A stretch of DNA of 64,000 nt, from NCBI GenBank assembly GCA_964016885.1, contig OZ024753.1, forward strand, positions 6,200,001 through 6,264,000. The letters run 5' to 3'. A program made the position numbers and the translations under genes. How positions within the stretch are numbered: the stretch's first letter is position 1; each line of letters begins with the position of its first letter. This DNA comes from Eledone cirrhosa. Its lineage: Eukaryota. Below, piece by piece: positions 14,601 through 26,268 of the stretch. The notes under the pieces are model-generated. The model did not search any database. It saw only the letters and a program-made list of their open reading frames with translations, and had not been told where the DNA came from.

Positions 14601-15780
14601 GTTTATCTAATGCATAATATAAACAAACGACTGTTCTAACGTACATGATGAAATCCATGAAAATATTTCACAATCTCTACCCATTTACCTTTTGTGAGAT
14701 ATATAAAAAAAAGGAATCTTAATTCAAGGCAATTCTGCTATGTGTACGTCACTGACAAAAAGTCATAAAATTCCTAATGAGAGTTATTAAGTGGGTGTAA
14801 ATTCTTAAATGCAAGCCTGAATATCAATGAACGTAGTTCCTTCTAATGATATGATACTTGCATAATCCCCAGTATTAATTCAACAGTTATATTGTTATCT
14901 TGTAATATTTATGATAGCTATTTGCTTGCTGCTGGCAGTACGTGCGTATAATGATCACTGTTAGAGATTAGAATTGCTGTTTCTGATGTTAATGAGTGCA
15001 ATAAACATGTATATAACAATGATTTGATCCCACAACATTTTATCTGATATAAAACACGTAAAATGTATCAGTTGAAATATATTCATAATTCATCGGGAAA
15101 TATATTTCATCTCTGACTGGATTATGGCAATTAATAGCCCAACGATTTTCAAAAGCAATTAACACCTTCTAATTATATTTTTCCATCGAGACTAGCAAAT
15201 AATACTAACTGAAATTGAACTACCAACGTTTTATATTAATTAAAACAGCAAATTAAACATTTTAATTACATAAGCAAATGGCAATATTTACACGTGGTTA
15301 ATATTCACAAACAAGGATATTTGTGAATAATCTTCATTGCTATTAAGCAGATTAAGTGGAGGACTGGTTTGATTTCGTGAAATAATTATTCTTACCAAGT
15401 GGAATCAAAATCGACTCATGATTATACTATGTAATCCAAGTCAGATATCGATAATGTGTAAGGAAGAGATAAACTACTTATTACATATAACCAATGCGTT
15501 ATCCAAGGCAGAACACAACTTAGTAACAGTGGAAATTGATCCCGACAATATTAAAATTCAGAAAGAGACATTTATGTGTTTTCTTTCAAAGTGTCAAATG
15601 TATATTTTCAATAATTTAACGCTGTAGTTTTGTGTGTTTTGTTTTGTGCATCTTGTCCGCCGAAGTAAAAGCATAAATATTAATAGGAAAGCTAACAAAT
15701 TTAATAACTTTACAATAACAGAGACGAATATAATTTCAAGTTTTCAGTAATTAAATGGTTCGTTATCATTATATTTTAAA

Positions 15781-15966
15781 GGGCGGTGGATTGGCAGTAT
15801 CGGTAGAGGGTTGGACGCCATGCTTTGCAGCATAGTTACGTCCCTTTACGGACTGAGTTCAAATCCCGCCGAGGTTAACTTTGCCTTTCATCCTTACGGG
15901 GTCGATAAAATAAAGTACCAGTAATGCACTGGGCTAATTGCTGGCTTTGTGCCTAAAGTAGAAACA
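15781..15966 (+). mobile_element. Dominant tRNA-SINE, full length, 13-bp TSD
   Basis: TSD ATTATATTTTAAA at 15768-15780 and 15967-15979. Confidence 0.95.
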
Positions 15967-15989
15967 ATTATATTTTAAAACACCCAAAG

Positions 15990-16275
15990 ATAAGACATTG
16001 GATCTACTGCCCTCGGAGCAGGTATAAACTGGTGTTGGACATACAAAAGTCAATCTTGCAAAATGGGGATATTTAAAGGATGGGGACCTTGTATGTGACT
16101 GCGGCATCGAACCACAGACTACTCAGCTACTCCTGATATGCCCCCTGCTGGTGCACCCCTGCACATTATTGGACTTGGCAGAGTTTAATGAGAAAGGACA
16201 GCAATTTGTTCAGCGGTGGCAGAACTACATCTAACCAATCTTTGTAACTGACACTCTTCTGGACACAAGAAGAAT
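15990..16275 (+). mobile_element. 3' end of a non-LTR retrotransposon, Vingi/Ingi-like (clade tentative)
   Basis: Translates TGVGHTKVNLAKWGYLKDGDLVCDCGIEPQTTQLLLICPLL..CTLLDLAEF..WQNYI*, a C-terminal zinc-knuckle region; second copy at 45665. Confidence 0.75.
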
Positions 16276-16815
16276 AAAACCGGAATTTGAACTCAACACA
16301 TGTGGGGGATAACACGATAGTGTAATCGATTTTGTAAACTGCATTGCTGAATCTACTAAGGAAAATGTGTTATATAGTACGGGAACGTGCTACTAAAATA
16401 TTTGTTCATATTTCCCAGAGGATATAGTGTAGCATTTGGAATTTAATGAAACATTTTATCGTATTTCCCATAATTTTATATGCCATGTCTCTTTACAATA
16501 AGGTTTCGTTATGATATATGTAAACACCAAAGTCATTTTGAATGTGTGCTTAAACATGATATATTTGATCTGAAATATTTCTAGTAAAACAAATTTATCA
16601 TATACATTTTAGAATAATTTATATTTGTTGACACTTGTCCCATATTTTTACCTCTGTATTGTATCGTAGAATACGATGTACTGCGTAAGTGCATCCCTAG
16701 AAAAGCCATCAAATTATATAGTTTGCACGGAACAAAAATTGTTTGTAAATGTTGTTACTCATTTACGTAAAGACGTATATCATTTTAATAAATGGAAATA
16801 TTCTCAAATAAATCC

Positions 16816-16824
16816 CGCGCGCGC

Positions 16825-16909
<85 letters not shown>
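16816..16909. repeat. (GC)n(GT)n microsatellite
   Basis: Directly visible. Confidence 0.97.
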
Positions 16910-16910
<1 letters not shown>

Positions 16911-17954
16911 TAAAGAGTCAGAGAGAGAGAATCATGGAGATTGGTAGATATCTAGAATGACAGATAGACATAAATTTACAATTGCAGTAAAAGCATTCAG
17001 AATAGAGAAGATTGAATATATTATTGTTTTAAACCCGTAGGGTATGCGTCTATGTTCCTGATATGCAATTTCCGATGATTAGAAATTCTGAAGTTATATT
17101 ATTTGATAAGTATTTAGCACAGTAACCGAGTAATCTGGAAGTAATACACAAAGTCGAGTAAAAAGTAATTAACTGCCCACGCAAGCATGGCATGGTACTT
17201 AAAAAGAAGAACATATAAACACAACGGAATATATGCAATATAATTCCACTACCAAATATTCGAATTTTTAAAAGTACATTTACATAGAAGATTTGAAATA
17301 TAACTGGCAACTACATGTTTAATATCTTTTTTTAATTAGAGATTAATCACAATGACATACCCAGCTTTGTAACTGCATATGTATCAAACTTAAAATCGTA
17401 TTGTAACCTTTAAGATATAACAAATTAGCAATGATTGGGTTTATGATTGTTTACTTTAATAAAGCCTGTAATTAAGGTTCACTCAAGATACGTTTTATTG
17501 TATTTTCCAATTTATTCTTTTCATTTATCATGGTCTTTTTTTCTTTTATCATGGATAAAATTACATGAAAAATAATAATTTAATATTTAGTCAAATATAA
17601 AGAAACAGTAAGTAACATTGCAAAATACAATAAATGAGAGGAAGAGAAGAATGGCAAGGGTTAATTACATATATACATCTCATTTCAAATCCTGGTTAAT
17701 TATGGTATGGTAAGTTGTAGACCAGTAACTCCTGTTGGAGTTGTAATAGCACAGTATTGACATACAGCGTTTCTAGCGTATTTTTTAACCTGGCAGAGCC
17801 CATTTCCTCTCCAGGCCAGAATATAGTATAAGTATCAATCAAGCTTACCTCTCTTTGATTCTAGTACTACCAATTTCTAAAACCTCAAACCGGGAGTACC
17901 ATGAAAAAAGGCCCCCAAAACGGAGTGAAATGAAGCAAATGGGGAGGTTTTATA

Positions 17955-18147
17955 TAATTGTTTCTACTTGTTTGGCACAAGGCAAGCAATTACCCAGTGC
18001 ATTACTGGTACTTTATTTTATCGATCCCGTAAGGATGAAAGGCAAAGTTAACCTCGGCGGGATTTGAAGTCACAATGGCAAGGGCCGTAACTCTATGCGT
18101 CAAAGCATGGCGTCCGACCCTCTACCGATACTGCCAATCCACCGCCC
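17955..18147 (-). mobile_element. Dominant tRNA-SINE, full length, 15-bp TSD
   Basis: TSD GGAGGTTTTATATAA at 17943-17957 and 18152-18166. Confidence 0.93.
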
Positions 18148-18579
18148 AAGTGGAGGTTTTATATAAGGAAAGCTATACATATTTTCACCTAAAAAGACAT
18201 GACTCACCCACTTTGGGGTGGTTGAAAAATCTCCCCGTAAGACAGGGAGAGTTGACAGGTCTGGATTCAGTCATATACTCAATTATTTATCGTTTTACAG
18301 AAACATATTTTAGTATTGCACAAGTTAATAGATGCATAAGTATATACAAATGTCTAGCGAGAGATTCAGATATTCGAAGGTAGATCGCAAGAAAATGAGG
18401 ATAAGAGAATATGTAAATATATTGCTTCAGAATATTTCTGATTGAGATTAGCCACAGGGAGGTTTATGAAGTAGGGCCTCCGAGATAGACATATACAACA
18501 GATATTAATGAATTACGTAACACAACACGTAGCCTGACCACACAACCACTACGTGTCTCGAAAACGAGTTGGTAGCCAC

Positions 18580-19033
18580 CATATATGTATGTATATATAT
18601 ATGTATATATATATATGTATATATATATGTATGTATATATATATGTATATATGTATGTATATATGTATGTATATATGTATGTATATATGTATGTATATAT
18701 GTATGTATATATGTATGTATATATGTATGTATATATGTATGTATATATGTATGTATATATGTATGTATATATGTATGTATATATGTATGTATATATGTAT
18801 GTATATATGTATGTATATATGTATGTATATATGTATGTATATATGTATGTATATATGTATGTATATATGTATGTATATATGTATGTATATATGTATGTAT
18901 ATATGTATGTATATATGTATGTATATATGTATGTATATATGTATGTATATATGTATGTATATATGTATGTATATGTGTATGTATATGTGTATGTATATGT
19001 GTATGTATATGTGTGTGTATATGTGTGTGTATA

Positions 19034-19079
<46 letters not shown>

Positions 19080-20155
19080 ATAAACGTATGTATGTATGTA
19101 TGTATTATATAAACGTATGTATGTATGTATGTATTATATAAACGTATGTATGTATGTATTATATAAACGTATGTATGTATGTATGTATTATATAAACGTA
19201 TGTATGTATATGTATGTATTATATAAACGTATGTATGTATGTATGTATTATATAAACGTATGTATGTATGTATGTATTATATAAACGTATGTATGTATTA
19301 TATACGTATGTATGTATGTATGTATTATATAAACGTATGTATGTATGTATGTATTATATAAACGTATGTATGTATGTATGTATTATATAAACGTATGTAT
19401 GTATGTATGTATTATATAAACGTATGTATGTATGTATGTATTATATAAACGTATGTATGTATGTATGTATTATATAAACGTATGTATGTATGTATGTATG
19501 TATTATATAAACGTATGTATGTTTGTATTATATAAACGTATGTATGTATGTATGTATTATATATGTATGTGTATATGTATGTATGTGTATATGTATGTAT
19601 TATATATGTATGTGTATATGTATGTATTGTATATGTATGTGTATATGTATGTATGTATGTATATGTATGTGTATTGTATGTATGTATGTATATGTATGTG
19701 TATTGTATGTATGTATGTATTGTATATGTATGTATATGTATGTGTATATATATATATGTATGTATATATATATGTATGTATGTATGTGTATATATATATA
19801 TATGTATGTATGTGTATATATATATATATGTATGTATGTGTGTATATATATATATATGTATGTATGTGTGTATATATATATATATGTATGTATGTGTATA
19901 TATATATATATATGTATGTATGTGTGTATATATATATATATATGTATGTATGTGTATATATATATATATATATGTATGTATGTGTATATATATATATATA
20001 TATGTATGTATGTGTATATATATATATATATATGTATGTATGTGTGTATATATATATATATATATGTATGTATGTGTGTATATATATATATATATATGTA
20101 TGTATGTGTGTATATATATATATATATATGTATGTATGTGTGTATATATATATTT
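18580..20155. repeat. Compound satellite: (ATATGTATGTAT)n, then (TATTATATAAACG(TATG)x)n, then (TA)n/(TATG)n
   Basis: Directly visible; three successive unit types. Confidence 0.96.
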
Positions 20156-20545
20156 ACAGCCACGCATTCAAACAAACGGAAAAACTTGCTTTTCAAGGAG
20201 TCAAACAAAGAATTAAACTGGCTTCATAGTAATATTTGAAATTTAAAAATATTTCGTGATACACTGTTGCATTACATTTAACAGAAATGTATACAACTTG
20301 TGTACATCAATATTTGCGCAAATTTTGCAACAGAGATAAAAAGTCCACCGCAATGTTTCTCTATATAGTTAAGGAATTTCTATACAATTGAAGAATATAG
20401 AGAAACATTGCGATGGACTTTTTATCTCTGTTGCAAAATTATATACAACTCTCTCTCTGTATATATATGTGTACATATATTTATATATTATAATATATAT
20501 ATATATACACGCACGCACGCACGCACGCACATATAGGTATATATA

Positions 20546-20820
20546 CAAATATTGTTATACTTGGGGAGGGTCATATTTGTGTAATAATATTGCCAGAATT
20601 AATAACAGACAACTCACTGTTTGGTTGGTTTTCGCTTCTGTGTCTTTTATATCGGTTAATTTAATTTATTCGGTCCTCAATGTTACCATTGACTGACCAA
20701 CGGTCAAACATACAGATACAATATAGACACAAACACATATATATAGTCTCCCCAAGTATAACAATATTTGTTTCGACACACGATTTCATATCAAAAACCT
20801 CGCAAAACTAATTCATCGCC
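20546..20820. mobile_element. Fold-back element, family X copy 1 (putative Penelope-like remnant)
   Basis: Perfect 23-bp inverted repeat (20546-20568 / 20748-20770) followed by a tail homologous to 22052-22110. Confidence 0.6.
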
Positions 20821-21604
20821 GTTTTATATACACATACACATATATATATATATACATCCCCATGCACATTTATATATTATAATATACACATATATATATA
20901 TTGATGTGTGTGTGTGTTTGGATGTGTGTGCATCTATCATATTTATGTATACATAGACACATATATATAGTTATATTTAAGAATTCAAGTAAATACAAGT
21001 ATATACACCAATATATTATAGACAAGAATGATATCTGATGAATGATAAAAGAAATGACCATCGAAGAAAGATAAATAAAAATTACTGATAAACAAACATA
21101 AGCAATAATAAATCATAAGAAAAATATCAACCGGAAAAATTATAACGTAACTAAATTGGCAGCCCCAAACAACAAAAGTTATCATGTTATCAATATTGAA
21201 TACCACACTGATTAGATCCATCATTCATTCATCAGTCTTCGAACATAAATGTTCAAATATTCATGATTTCTCAGCTGGAGGCATAACTGAAAATTCAATT
21301 GAACAATCAGATTGAATTGTTGCAGGGTATATTTCCTGTAAATGTGGTGGGTGTCTTCGCTTGATCGTAATTATTTATTTTGTTTCCAGATATTTTGTCA
21401 TGACTTATACTTTTCTTATCTTGTTTACACAAATATGGTTTCGTTCTCGACATACATATTTAGCCGCATGCTAAAATACATGAAAGATAAATGTGAATGC
21501 ATGTGTAGGCGGTGTAAGGATTGAACTGAGAATATTATATTTCGAAATTTGTAGATTTATAAGGTTTAATAATGATGCACGTAAGCTGATATGACTACCA
21601 ATGA

Positions 21605-21639
<35 letters not shown>

Positions 21640-21640
<1 letters not shown>

Positions 21641-21805
21641 GTTATTCCGGGTTGAATCGGAGGTAACCACAGTAAGTAAGGTACTCAATACATTGCAGAG
21701 TATAAAAGTTTTAATATAGATGAGATTCTACAGGACTAGAACTGTCTGATGATTTCTAAAGAATGAAACAGTTCTAGTCCTGTAGAATCTCATCTATATT
21801 AAAAC
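21640..21805. mobile_element. Fold-back element whose loop is a hammerhead core, inserted in (TA)n
   Basis: Perfect 38-bp arms (21708-21745 / 21768-21805); loop CTGATGA-TTTCTAAAGAAT-GAA. Confidence 0.7.
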
Positions 21806-21878
21806 CTATATATATATATATATATATATATATGATTTCGCTTCAAGCATAGCTTTATACAATATGGATAGAAATTTC

Positions 21879-21930
<52 letters not shown>

Positions 21931-21948
21931 ATATATATATATATATAT

Positions 21949-22110
21949 ATATTGTTATACTTTGGGAGGGTCATGTTGCCAATAAGAAACACACATCACT
22001 GGTGCGTGTGTTTCTTATTGGCAACATGACCCTCCCAAAGTATAACAATATCGGTTTGAACACACGATTTCAGATAAAGAATCTTGCTAAACAAATTCAG
22101 AAACGAAATA
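21949..22110. mobile_element. Fold-back element, family X copy 2
   Basis: Perfect 46-bp arms (21949-21994 / 22006-22051), 11-nt spacer, tail shared with 20770-20820, (TA)n on both sides. Confidence 0.7.
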
Positions 22111-22134
22111 TATATATATATATATATATATATA

Positions 22135-22326
22135 ACAAAGAAAGTTTGGTAAGAAACCAGGTGGACCATAATGCACCAGAGTACTCGATATTTAGGGTAG
22201 TAGTGTGAGTAATAGGAAAATAGTTAAGACCCCCGTGGCTGAGTTCCGGCCGTTTCGACAGCTATATCTGAACCCTCTGGATCTAGCTGTCGAAGCGGCC
22301 GAGGCTCACCCATTACGGTCGTGACT

Positions 22327-22330
<4 letters not shown>
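22135..22330. mobile_element. Fold-back element, family Y (other copies at 40780-40965, 52440-52590, 55753-55815)
   Basis: Shared AACAAAGAAA..TGGTAAGAAACCAGGTG..CACCAGAGTA..TTAGGGTAGTAG..TAATAGGAAAA segment plus an internal inverted GCCGTTTCGACAGCTA repeat. Confidence 0.7.
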
Positions 22331-22406
<76 letters not shown>

Positions 22407-22407
22407 A

Positions 22408-22700
22408 TAATTAAAGGGAACAAAGAATCAGTATTGCATAATTTACATATCTAATTACACATGTTTCACTGCCGATCAGATCGAGGAACGATCGATTAAT
22501 GTTCGATGCAGATTCTGGAATTGTTCGCTGAGCTGATCGTTAGTGAAACATGTGTAATATGTTATTAAATATGTAAACGATGCAACACTGATTCTTTGTT
22601 CCCTTTTAATGTTATTATCGATACTCTGCTCCCTACGACCACCGAGAGCTCATCTTGGCGTACCGCGTGCGGACGCAATTCATTTGCACCTTAAACTATA
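22408..22700. mobile_element. Fold-back element, family Z (second copy at 40310-40565)
   Basis: Arms ~22410-22480 and ~22530-22610 (AAGGGAACAAAGAATCAGT..ACACATGTTTCACT vs AGTGAAACATGTGT..ACTGATTCTTTGTTCCC). Confidence 0.65.
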
Positions 22701-23217
22701 TTTTTTGAAGCAATCGATATTAAACTATGTTTTAAGTAACCGATATTAAACTATGTTTTAAGTAACCGATATTAAACTATGTTTTAAGTAACCGATATTA
22801 AACTATGTTTTAAGTAATCGATATTAAACTATGTTTTAAGTAACCGATATTAAACTATATTTTTTAAGTAACCGATATTAAACTATATTTTTTAAGTAAC
22901 CAATATTAAACTATATTTTTTAAGTAATCGATATTAAACTATATTTTTTAAGTAATCGATATTAAACTATATTTTTTAAGTAATCGATATTAAACTATAT
23001 TTTTTAAGTAATCGATATTAAACTATATTTTTTAAGTAATCGATATTAAACTATATTTTTTAAGTAATCGATATTAAACTATATTTTTTAAGTAATCGAT
23101 ATTAAACTATATTTTTTAAGTAATCGATATTAAACTATATTTTTTAAGTAATCGATATTAAACTGTATTTTTTAAGTAATCGATATTAAACTATATTTTT
23201 TAAGTAATAGATATTAG
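22692..23217. repeat. 26/28-bp minisatellite (TAAACTATATTTTTTAAGTAATCGATAT)n, about 19 units
   Basis: A block of 26-bp units (TAAACTATGTTTTAAGTAACCGATAT) followed by 28-bp units. Confidence 0.95.
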
Positions 23218-23289
23218 GTGGTAGTATTTAGTTACTTTCGGAGTTTCCTGAAGTTAGTTTAAACTTTGATATTTGCTCATCGCCACTTC

Positions 23290-23510
23290 AAAACTTTGAA
23301 TATAGTATAACAAAGTACATCAACACAGAAACAGATCCCATAAAATTCAAAGTTTCACTGGACAAATTCCTCCAAGAAATCCAGGAAAAACCTCCTACAA
23401 AACATGTCACGTGAAACAAAAATCCTTTACTAGAATGGGCCGCTGTTTCCAAAAGACGACTAGGCTGTAAACCCATAATCTGAAAGACTTCAAGTGTTGC
23501 TACTAAGTCA
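23290..23510 (+). mobile_element. Probable CR1-group LINE 3' fragment
   Basis: Translates TETDPIKFKVSLDKFLQEIQEKP..NKNPLLEW, resembling the FK..LDKFL..IPD.P..NSLL.W C-terminus of CR1-like ORF2. Confidence 0.55.
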
Positions 23511-23675
23511 GACATGCGTAACTCTCGTACCTCAACCCCTATTATAAAATCGTTTTGTTTAATAATTTAAATGCATAATTTTTTAAGTTCATTTCATATA
23601 ATATTTTACTGTACCATCTTGTGTTGTCTTTATTTGGTTAAAGCTCTGTGTGGCTAGTAAAGTATTCATTAGAAC

Positions 23676-24070
23676 AAAGTACCAGTAATGCATTGGGTAA
23701 TTGCTGGCCTTGTGCCAAAAGTAGAAACAATTATTATTATTATTATTATTGAGGGCGGTGGATTGGCAGTATTAGTTGAGGGTCGGGCGCCATGTTTTGA
23801 AGCATAGAGTTACCTCCCTTTATGATCTGAGTTCAAATCCCGCCTTTCATCCTTACGGGGTCGATAAAATAAAGTACCAGTAATGCACTGGTATAATTGC
23901 TGGCTTTGTGCCAAAAGTAGAAACAATTATTATTCTTATTATTAGCGAGGTTAACTTTGCCTTTCATCCTTACAAGGTCGATAAAATAAAGTAGCAGTCA
24001 TCCACTGGGGTCGTTTTAATAGATTTCCCCTCCCCCCAAATTGCTGGCCTTGTGCCTATATTAGTATTAT
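23676..24070 (+). mobile_element. Tandem stack of three SINE pieces
   Basis: 3' fragment, near full copy (23752-23930) and a variant-tail fragment, joined by (ATT)n tails. Confidence 0.88.
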
Positions 24071-24272
24071 TATTATTCTCATAGACCTAACAATAGTTTG
24101 CACAAAAACTATCGGTAATTATTACTGATACTAACGTAGTATACCACACACACACAAATACACACATACATATGTGTTGTGTATATTTCCAGTTTGTGTA
24201 TATATATATGTGTGTGTGTGTGTGTATATATTTGTAGTTGGTAAATGAGTGTGTATATATATTTGTAGTTGG

Positions 24273-24307
<35 letters not shown>

Positions 24308-24421
24308 ATATATTTGTAGTTGGTAAATATATATATATATGTGTGTGTGTTTGTGTGTTTGTATATTTGTAGTTGGTATATATATATATATATATAATGT
24401 GCGTGTGTAGTTCGCGTATAT

Positions 24422-24469
<48 letters not shown>

Positions 24470-25056
24470 TTATTCAAACAGAAACTCAAGTTTTTTTTTC
24501 AAACGTTAATAAAAAATACAATAATGTCTAGACATTCATTTTCTTTCTTCCTGAGCGTAATATACCCATTAGTCTTAATAAAGACGCGTTTCCAAACAAA
24601 AAAAATACCATATACGTAAATAGAAACAAAATGATAAGTTCTCATACAATCAGTAATATAAATATATTTATCGACTTATAAAATAAGAATACGTAACCGA
24701 CAGACGGAATCAAAACAATAAATTAAGAATTCGAAAGAATATCAAAGTTGATGTACCGTCTTTTTTTCGGTATAATATCAATCATATTCACTACATTTCT
24801 AGTTTAGCTTTTTTTTTATTTAGCCACAGGTCAAGCTGGATTGTGCCGGGGGAAAACATTATGGAAAACACCCCCCTTGAGGATTTTGATGTTTAGCATA
24901 ATTTCAATGTGTCGTTCGTTTTACATACCATTTTATTATTGTTTCCTTTTCTTGCTACTCGACAGGTCAATTATTGATCCAACTGTTACTGTTGATCATA
25001 TGTTATTTAGACACATTCAATTAAATCTATTGTTCATAATCCCTTACTGTATGATG

Positions 25057-25246
25057 TACGAGGGTCGGCTGAAGAGATCTTACGCTGGAAAGTTCCTATT
25101 CTGACCAAGGTAATCTCATGGGATGTCCCAACGAGATATATTTTTCCACAAAGCACCTGGAAAGAAATAATGCATTTATTAATAAAGCTACGTGCAGTTA
25201 ATGCATGTCGTATCAAACCTTCATACTCAGCCTATGAACTTTTCAG
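25057..25246. mobile_element. Mariner-type MITE remnant
   Basis: TA-CGAGGGTCGGCTGAAGAGATCTTACGCTG, with the inverted subterminal TCAGCCTATGAACTTTTCAG at 25227-25246. Confidence 0.6.
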
Positions 25247-26103
25247 TAATATGGTAAAATGTGATATCCCGAATCTTGTTTATTAAATGTGGCCGCACTT
25301 TGTTTTATAAAGAACTTGACCACCCGGGACCAGTTGGGTCACGTTAACTAAAAAAAAATTGTTTAAATAATCAAAATGTATACAGATGTGTATATAATGT
25401 AAAACGAAATTGGGAGGCCTACATATATATATATATGTGCGTGTGCGTGTATAGATATATATAAATATATATATAATGTATGTGTGTGTGTGTGTGTGTA
25501 CATATGTATATGTGTATAATTTCATTGAACAATACCACCAGCTCTCCCTCTTTCTCTCTCCCATTTCCCTTCTGACTTCTGTCTCTCTCTACGCCTCTCT
25601 TTTAATCTCCTCTCTCACAACCATTATCTCTTCCCCTCTGTTTTTCTCTCGCTCTATTTAGGAAGGTACCCGTGCTTAGATTTACGCAAAACCTGTTTTA
25701 TTCCATTTGCATTCCCATTTCAGGGGGAACTTCCTTTGAAAGTATTTTTCCATTATACGACGTTTTGGCTATTATGACTTGAAGAATTGTCGTATTAACA
25801 GAATTGTTAAAGCATCGAACAAAGTCCTTTTTTTAGCATTTAGCTACATCTTGGCTTTTTCGTAGTGTCCTTTATGTATCAGGTCTAGAGACCGATAAAG
25901 AAAGCATGACTAGTTGTTGTTGTTTTTTTTATTAGGGCAATAGATTAGTGCTGTCATTCGAACATCAGACTACAGGCATTCTCCCATTTGGTCCGTCTCT
26001 TAACGCTCAGAATAGCGAATCCAGTAACGTGCTGGTGTTAATATAATTGACTTCATTCTCCCCTCCTCTAGTTTCATAGCCTTTACATAGATTAGAAACC
26101 ATT

Positions 26104-26268
26104 AGGGTCGGACGCCATGCTTTCCAGCATAGTTACGTCCCTTTACGATCTGAGTTCAAATCCCGCCGAGGTTGACTTTGCCTTTCATCCTTACGGTGTC
26201 GATAAAATAAAGTACCAGTAATACACTGGGATAATTGCTGGCCTTGTGCCAAAAGCAGAAACCATTAT
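26104..26268 (+). mobile_element. Dominant tRNA-SINE, slightly 5'-truncated
   Basis: Consensus match; a more degraded SINE lies just upstream (~25980-26100). Confidence 0.9.

Noticed and set aside
15781-15870. tRNA gene
   Set aside because: A and B boxes belong to the SINE head; spacing is extended and I cannot form a complete cloverleaf
21949-22051. pre-miRNA hairpin
   Set aside because: Perfect arms, TA flanks and a sibling repeat copy point to a mobile-element fold-back; no known mature miRNA recognised
22692-23217. CRISPR-like array of ~28-bp repeats
   Set aside because: Units are directly adjacent with no unique spacers, no cas genes, eukaryotic context
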